Made by a program: the position numbers and the translations under genes. A stretch of 63,616 bases of DNA. It comes from a virus (taxonomy: Duplodnaviria; Caudoviricetes). Under the pieces are notes generated by a model. The model was not told the DNA's origin, searched no databases, and saw only the letters and a program-made list of their open reading frames with translations. The stretch is taken from the IMG/VR virus record IMGVR_UViG_3300011114_000226, positions 1-63,616 of that record; one strand, written 5' to 3'. This document shows positions 58,668 to 63,616 of this stretch, piece by piece. Positions within the stretch are counted from its first letter, which is position 1, and each line of letters starts with the position of its first letter.

Positions 58668-59729
58668 ATGGGCGGTGCAGTAAAAGCAATAACGTCTCCA
58701 GCTAGAATAATATCATCTGCTGCTAGTGCGATTCCTGGCGTTGGTAAAATTGCGGGTCCAGTAGCTGGGTATATTACCGGAGGTCCTATGGGAGCTCTTA
58801 GCTCTATTGCGGGCACAGCCTTGACAGGTGGATATTCCGGTGGCGGCGGTGGCGGGGGTTCTAGCGGTGGGGTTCCTACATATGGTGCTACAGACGCTTC
58901 AGGAGCATTAGCTGCTCCTCCTCCAGGATTTTCTTTTGGGTCAGATTTATATAGTTATGGTGGTGAACCATATGACGCATCTAAATATTTTGTGCAAGGT
59001 AATAAAGGTGTATATAACGTTCTTCCTGAGTTGGGTAATATGTATAGCCCAGAAGCACAAGGTGCACAAGGTACATCAGGTTTTAATGCATATCAAAATA
59101 TATATGGTAAGATGGCAGGCGATGAATTAGCTCAAGCTAATTTACAAAAATCATTCAGTCCTGGCATGTTGTCAGTAGCTCCACAAAGTGGTGCATATAA
59201 ACCGATTGGTGATTTTAATCCAGCTACTACACCTTATGCTGGAGCAAGACCAGATTTACCAAGTTATTTGACTGAAGATATTAAGTCTGCATATGGTGAG
59301 TATCAACCCCAAGCACAAAGTAGTAATGCTAGTTACTTACCTATTCAGTATGCTGATTTTGGGTTTGGAGAAAAAGATAAAGCTTATGAATTAGCTCAGT
59401 TTGCTAGAAGAGAGAATAACCCATTTTTCCAACCTTTTGCTTCACCAACAAGTACAGCGGCACCTACGATGGCTAACCCATTTTCTTTTATTAAGCCACC
59501 AGAAGCACCAGCCCCTGCACCAAGTCCTTATCAACCTGTGGAAGGCGGAGCACCAAGAGGACCTGCTGAACGTGGTATGGTACCAGCAACTACTGCATCC
59601 ATGGGTTCATTTAGACCTGTAGAAGCAAGCTCAGCAACACCGACAACAACTGCGACAGCAAGACGTCCAGAAGAGTATAAACCTGTTAATATTAGGACTG
59701 GCGGATTAGCTAGTTTAAGGAGATCGTAA
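58668..59729 (+). CDS. Low-complexity putative internal virion protein
   Basis: Hydrophobic Gly/Ala N-terminus; C-terminal IRTGGLASL. Confidence 0.5.
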   Translation: MGGAVKAITSPARIISSAASAIPGVGKIAGPVAGYITGGPMGALSSIAGTALTGGYSGGGGGGGSSGGVPTYGATDASGALAAPPPGFSFGSDLYSYGGEPYDASKYFVQGNKGVYNVLPELGNMYSPEAQGAQGTSGFNAYQNIYGKMAGDELAQANLQKSFSPGMLSVAPQSGAYKPIGDFNPATTPYAGARPDLPSYLTEDIKSAYGEYQPQAQSSNASYLPIQYADFGFGEKDKAYELAQFARRENNPFFQPFASPTSTAAPTMANPFSFIKPPEAPAPAPSPYQPVEGGAPRGPAERGMVPATTASMGSFRPVEASSATPTTTATARRPEEYKPVNIRTGGLASLRRS

Positions 59730-59989
59730 TGAGAGCAAGCAGAGGAATGGGTGCTATAAAAAAAACTAAAATACCTAATGCTACTGAGAATACAATGCCA
59801 AAAGGTGTTGTTAAAAAACGTCGTGATAATACTGACTTTACTCAGTTTAAAGAAGGCGGTCCTGTAGGACTTTATGCAAATATAAATGCTAGAAAGAAAA
59901 AAGGCATATCACGCCCTAAATCAAAGTCTACAATAGACCCTAAAGCGTATGCAAACATGAAAGCTGGATTTCCAAAAGGTAAAAAATAA
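59729..59989 (+). CDS. Small basic protein
   Basis: MRASRGMGAI; FKEGGPVGLYANI. Confidence 0.6.
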   Translation: MRASRGMGAIKKTKIPNATENTMPKGVVKKRRDNTDFTQFKEGGPVGLYANINARKKKGISRPKSKSTIDPKAYANMKAGFPKGKK

Positions 59990-60933
59990 TGGCGCAATTA
60001 ACCACAGGAACCACGAGTTTTAATTTAGATTTAAACAATCTAGTAGAAGACGCATTTGAAAGATGTGGTCAAGAACTTCGTACGGGCTATGATTTAAGAA
60101 CTGCAAGACGTAGTTTAAACTTGCTTACTATTGAGTGGGCTAATCGCGGTATTAATTTATGGACTGTAGAACCAGGTCAAATTCAGTTAAACCAAAACCA
60201 AATTATGTATGCATTACCAAGTGATACGATTGATTTACTTGATATGGTCACGCGTACAGGCACAGGACAGAATCAACAAGATATTAATATTAACCGTATT
60301 TCTGAGTCTACCTACATTACAATACCAAATAAGAATGCAACAGGTCGTCCTATCCAAGTGTGGATCAACAGACAAAGTGGTCAAGAGAACCCTACTACAA
60401 TTACTTTAAATGAAACACTAACTGCTACTGCGTCAACAGCGGCAAACCCTGAAACAATTACATTATCAAGTACAGTGGGTTTAGCTCAATTTGGTTTTAT
60501 TAAGATAGATGCCGAAACTATTCAGTATGGCGGTATTAGTGGTAATACAATTACAGGGTGTATCAGAGCTGTAAATAATACTACATTAGCCGCTCATGCA
60601 ATCGGTGCTAAAATCTCTGTACAAAATTTACCCACAGTAAATGTTTGGGTGGCTCCGGATCAAAGTAATTTTTATACATTTGTATATTACAGATTAAGAC
60701 GCATACAAGACGCAGGTAATGGCGTGACTGTAGAAGATATTCCATTTAGATTTATTCCATGCATGGTTGCAGGGTTAGCTGCATATTTAGCTATGAAGTT
60801 ACCTAATGTAGATCCTATGAGAATACAAATGTTAAGAGCAGACTATGAAGCAGCGTTCCAATTAGCAGCTGAAGAAGATAGAGAAAAAGCTCCAGTACGA
60901 TGGGTACCGCGCGAACAGTTTTTTAGAGGCTAA
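59989..60933 (+). CDS. Head-tail adaptor/tail tubular-like protein
   Basis: EDAFERCG..ARRSLNLL..EWANRGINLW; GRP; IPFRFIPCMVAGLA. Confidence 0.65.
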   Translation: MAQLTTGTTSFNLDLNNLVEDAFERCGQELRTGYDLRTARRSLNLLTIEWANRGINLWTVEPGQIQLNQNQIMYALPSDTIDLLDMVTRTGTGQNQQDININRISESTYITIPNKNATGRPIQVWINRQSGQENPTTITLNETLTATASTAANPETITLSSTVGLAQFGFIKIDAETIQYGGISGNTITGCIRAVNNTTLAAHAIGAKISVQNLPTVNVWVAPDQSNFYTFVYYRLRRIQDAGNGVTVEDIPFRFIPCMVAGLAAYLAMKLPNVDPMRIQMLRADYEAAFQLAAEEDREKAPVRWVPREQFFRG

Positions 60934-60934
60934 C

Positions 60935-61471
60935 GTGGAAATAATAAAACGACTTGAAGCCAAAGCGTTAGGGATAAAACATTATTTTACAGGCAAGCCT
61001 TGTATACATGGGCATATAGAAAAACGAAGAGTTAATGATCGAATTTGTATGCAGTGTACTAGGGACTTTCATAAAAAAATAAGAGAAACTTTTCCAGAGA
61101 TTCATAACCAAAAAAAGAAAGCTAGTTATGAAAGAACTAAAAAGCATCATTTAGCGCAAAAACAAATTTATAGACAGACTAATAAAGCAAAAGTAAATGC
61201 TCTTGCTAAAGCGTACAAAGTAAGAAAGAAAAATAGAATACCTAAATGGGTTGATAAAGACCATATGCGGTTAATCAAAGAAGTATATGAATTAGCTCAA
61301 GTAAGAACTAAACATTTTGGTTATCTTTGGCATGTAGATCATATTATCCCGTTGCAAGGGGAATTAGTTTCAGGGCTCCATGTAATAGAAAATTTACAAG
61401 TTATACCGGGTATTGAAAATATAAAGAAAAAGAATAAGTTTGAGGTAAACGATGCCAACCAATTACGCTAG
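60935..61471 (+). CDS. HNH homing endonuclease
   Basis: YFTGKPCIHGH..C..C; WHVDHIIPLQG..VSGLHV.ENLQVI...N..K.N. Confidence 0.85.
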   Translation: MEIIKRLEAKALGIKHYFTGKPCIHGHIEKRRVNDRICMQCTRDFHKKIRETFPEIHNQKKKASYERTKKHHLAQKQIYRQTNKAKVNALAKAYKVRKKNRIPKWVDKDHMRLIKEVYELAQVRTKHFGYLWHVDHIIPLQGELVSGLHVIENLQVIPGIENIKKKNKFEVNDANQLR

Positions 61472-61883
61472 TGCCAAGAACTCGATTGCACAGTGTGATC
61501 GATGTGGGTTTAGATATAAGCTAAATCAGCTTAAAAGATTGGTTATTAAGACCAAAAATGTTAATATACTGGTATGTCCTGAGTGCTGGGAAGTTGATCA
61601 GCCACAGTTACAACTTGGCATGTACCCAGTTAATGATCCGCAAGCAGTGCGTAATCCTAGACCTGATAGCCCAAGTTATTATCAATCGGGATTAGATGGA
61701 TTACAAGTAGAAGCAGGGACAGGAGTATCACCATTACAAACAGGTGTTCCGTTAATGGGCAGTAGAATTATTCAGTGGGGATATAACCCTGTAGGTGGAT
61801 CAAGAGCGAACGATGCTGGATTAACGCCTAATGATCTAGTAGCACAAGGTAACGTAGGCACAGTAACAGTATCAACAACATAA
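61452..61883 (+). CDS. Conserved Zn-finger phage protein
   Basis: CDRCGF...VCPECW..DQPQL...DPQAVRNPRPD. Confidence 0.65.
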   Translation: MPTNYASAKNSIAQCDRCGFRYKLNQLKRLVIKTKNVNILVCPECWEVDQPQLQLGMYPVNDPQAVRNPRPDSPSYYQSGLDGLQVEAGTGVSPLQTGVPLMGSRIIQWGYNPVGGSRANDAGLTPNDLVAQGNVGTVTVSTT

Positions 61884-61893
61884 GGAGAAGTAT

Positions 61894-62088
61894 ATGGGAT
61901 TCAGATCAGCAGCAGATGGAATTACTAAACAAGGTAAAACTAAAGGTAAAAATTTAGGTAACGACGGCGCTTCAGTAGGTATCGAAAAAGGTCCTAAACA
62001 TGCAGGTTCTAAAGGTGGCAAAAAGAACATTGACATGAAAACTATGGGTCGTGGTATGGCTAAAGTTGCAGCACAAAAAAAGGGGTAA
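61894..62088 (+). CDS. Small basic protein
   Basis: ADGITKQGKTKGK; MGRGMAK; AAGGAG RBS. Confidence 0.6.
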   Translation: MGFRSAADGITKQGKTKGKNLGNDGASVGIEKGPKHAGSKGGKKNIDMKTMGRGMAKVAAQKKG

Positions 62089-62092
62089 TAAA

Positions 62093-62443
62093 ATGGCTAA
62101 AAACGATTTTCCAAAACCAACACCAGCAGGAGCTTATCCGTTAGGTAATGCAAAAAACAACAAAGACGCTAGTGAAACTACTGGGTTTAAATTTCCATCA
62201 GGCGGTACTGGTGATGATCTTAATATTTATAAACAACCAATGCCTAATCCAAACGGTACAGACATCGGCTTTTCTCAAGATCCTAACAAGTTAAAAGCAC
62301 AAGACTTAGATCAAAGTACAGGCAGACAACGTGTAAGCGCAGGTGATCCAGCGTCTAAAAAAATTAATAGACATGGTGAAAAAACTATGCGTGGTTATGG
62401 TGCAGCTACTAAAGGCATCAAAACAAGAGGTCCGATGGCGTAA
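62093..62443 (+). CDS. Small basic protein
   Basis: Likely start at ATG 62093; C-terminal MRGYGAATKGIKTRGPMA. Confidence 0.6.
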   Translation: MAKNDFPKPTPAGAYPLGNAKNNKDASETTGFKFPSGGTGDDLNIYKQPMPNPNGTDIGFSQDPNKLKAQDLDQSTGRQRVSAGDPASKKINRHGEKTMRGYGAATKGIKTRGPMA

Positions 62444-63078
62444 TGAACTACGCGCAGTTAGTTGCAGAAATACAAAGTTATACCGAGAATACGTTTCAAA
62501 CAACGGATATTGATACATTTATCCAACAAGCTGAACAACGTATTTACAACTCGGTGCAACTTCCTGCGCTTCGAAAGAACGTAACAGGATCTCTTACTAC
62601 AGGTAATAAATATTTAGCGATGCCTAGTGATTGGCTTGCTACATTTAGTTTGGCAGTGATTAACCCAAGTAATGAATACTTATATCTTTTAAACAAAGAC
62701 GTGAACTTTATTAGACAATCATTTCCAGATACAGACGCAATATATTATGGTCAACCTGAATACTATGCGGTATTTGATCAGAATACATTTATTGTAGGAC
62801 CTACTCCAGATGCTGCGTATGCTGCTGAACTACATTATTTTTATTATCCTACATCTATTACAACTGCAGGTACGTCTTGGTTAGGTGATAACTTTAGTTC
62901 TACTTTATTATACGGCTCATTACTAGAAGCGTATACGTACATGAAAGGCGAACAAGATATTATTAATCAATATCAAAAACGATATGATGAAGCTATGGTA
63001 CTATTGAAACAACTTGGTGACGGCAAAGACCGCCAGGACTCATACCGAAGCGGACAAGTAAGGTACCCAGTTAGATGA
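62443..63078 (+). CDS. Head-tail adaptor (tail tubular protein A-like)
   Basis: MNYAQL..IQSYTE..FIQQAEQRI; GQPEYY; GPTPD; LLYGSLLEAY.YMK. Confidence 0.7.
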   Translation: MNYAQLVAEIQSYTENTFQTTDIDTFIQQAEQRIYNSVQLPALRKNVTGSLTTGNKYLAMPSDWLATFSLAVINPSNEYLYLLNKDVNFIRQSFPDTDAIYYGQPEYYAVFDQNTFIVGPTPDAAYAAELHYFYYPTSITTAGTSWLGDNFSSTLLYGSLLEAYTYMKGEQDIINQYQKRYDEAMVLLKQLGDGKDRQDSYRSGQVRYPVR

Positions 63079-63500
63079 TTTTAGGACAAGCACAGACCAC
63101 AACGTTTAAACTAAACTTGTTACAAGGTTTAGTAAATTTTAATGCTGGGTCACCATATACATATAAAATAGCATTGTATAATGCGGTAGCTACTATAAAT
63201 AGCGAAACAACTGCATATACAACGCAAGACGAAATTACAGGTACTGGCTATGTAGCTGGGGGTAAAGTTTTAACTCCTACTATAGGTAGTGATACTAGTA
63301 ATAACACGGCTTATGTTACGTTTGCTAATGTAACTTGGAGCCCTGCAAACTTTACGGCTGCTGGCGCTTTGATATATAATAGCACTACGAATGCATCAGT
63401 CGCAGTACTAAATTTTGGTGGAGAAAAAATAGCCACTACAACATTTACAATAGAATTCCCCTCAGCAACTTCAACCACTGCTGTATTAAGAATTAACTAA
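63075..63500 (+). CDS. Virion structural protein
   Basis: KIALY...TTAYT...E..GTGY.AGG..L; GALIYN; VLNFG. Confidence 0.65.
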   Translation: MILGQAQTTTFKLNLLQGLVNFNAGSPYTYKIALYNAVATINSETTAYTTQDEITGTGYVAGGKVLTPTIGSDTSNNTAYVTFANVTWSPANFTAAGALIYNSTTNASVAVLNFGGEKIATTTFTIEFPSATSTTAVLRIN

Positions 63501-63616
63501 AGGAGTAATTATGAGCAACATAGACAAATTTGGAATGGGCGACTCAGTTGATGCGTCTGTGACAAGAAATGCTGGATCAAATGATGAGTTTGGTCTAAAC
63601 GGCGTCTATACATTTA

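Noticed and set aside
63528-63616. 89-bp terminal direct repeat as a biological DTR
   Set aside because: It falls mid-gene and has a k-mer-like length, so it is best explained as assembler overlap of a circular contig

Overview
Apparently complete, circularly permuted genome of about 63.5 kb from an AT-rich tailed dsDNA phage with podovirus-like architecture. Bases 1-89 repeat at 63528-63616. The + strand arm (47054 to end, then 1-24319) carries terminase, portal, GroES-like protein, scaffold, major capsid, small basic head proteins, adaptors, a multi-subunit fibre system with four Gly-rich paralogs, lysis genes and ejection proteins. The - strand arm (46977 down to 24316) carries early genes including ArdC, family A DNA polymerase, three 2OG-Fe(II) oxygenases, an exonuclease, an SNF2 helicase, an SSB and a primase/DUF927 protein. 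I recognised no integrase, tRNA or CRISPR array. Highlights the ORF track misses: (1) a terminator-insulated pqqA cassette (PQQ precursor peptide, [23 protein letters not shown]) just after the capsid gene, pointing to a PQQ-dependent host, probably Methylophilaceae; (2) a 4.2-kb early block with no GGAG/CTCC on either strand, whose ribosome-binding sites are all GGGG-type; (3) a short phi-x-x-GG motif shared by unrelated head and ejection proteins; (4) two candidate structured RNAs; (5) two genes apparently starting at AUU and AUA; (6) an iteron-like GTTACA array at the strand switch. All family calls come from motif recognition by eye, without database searches.
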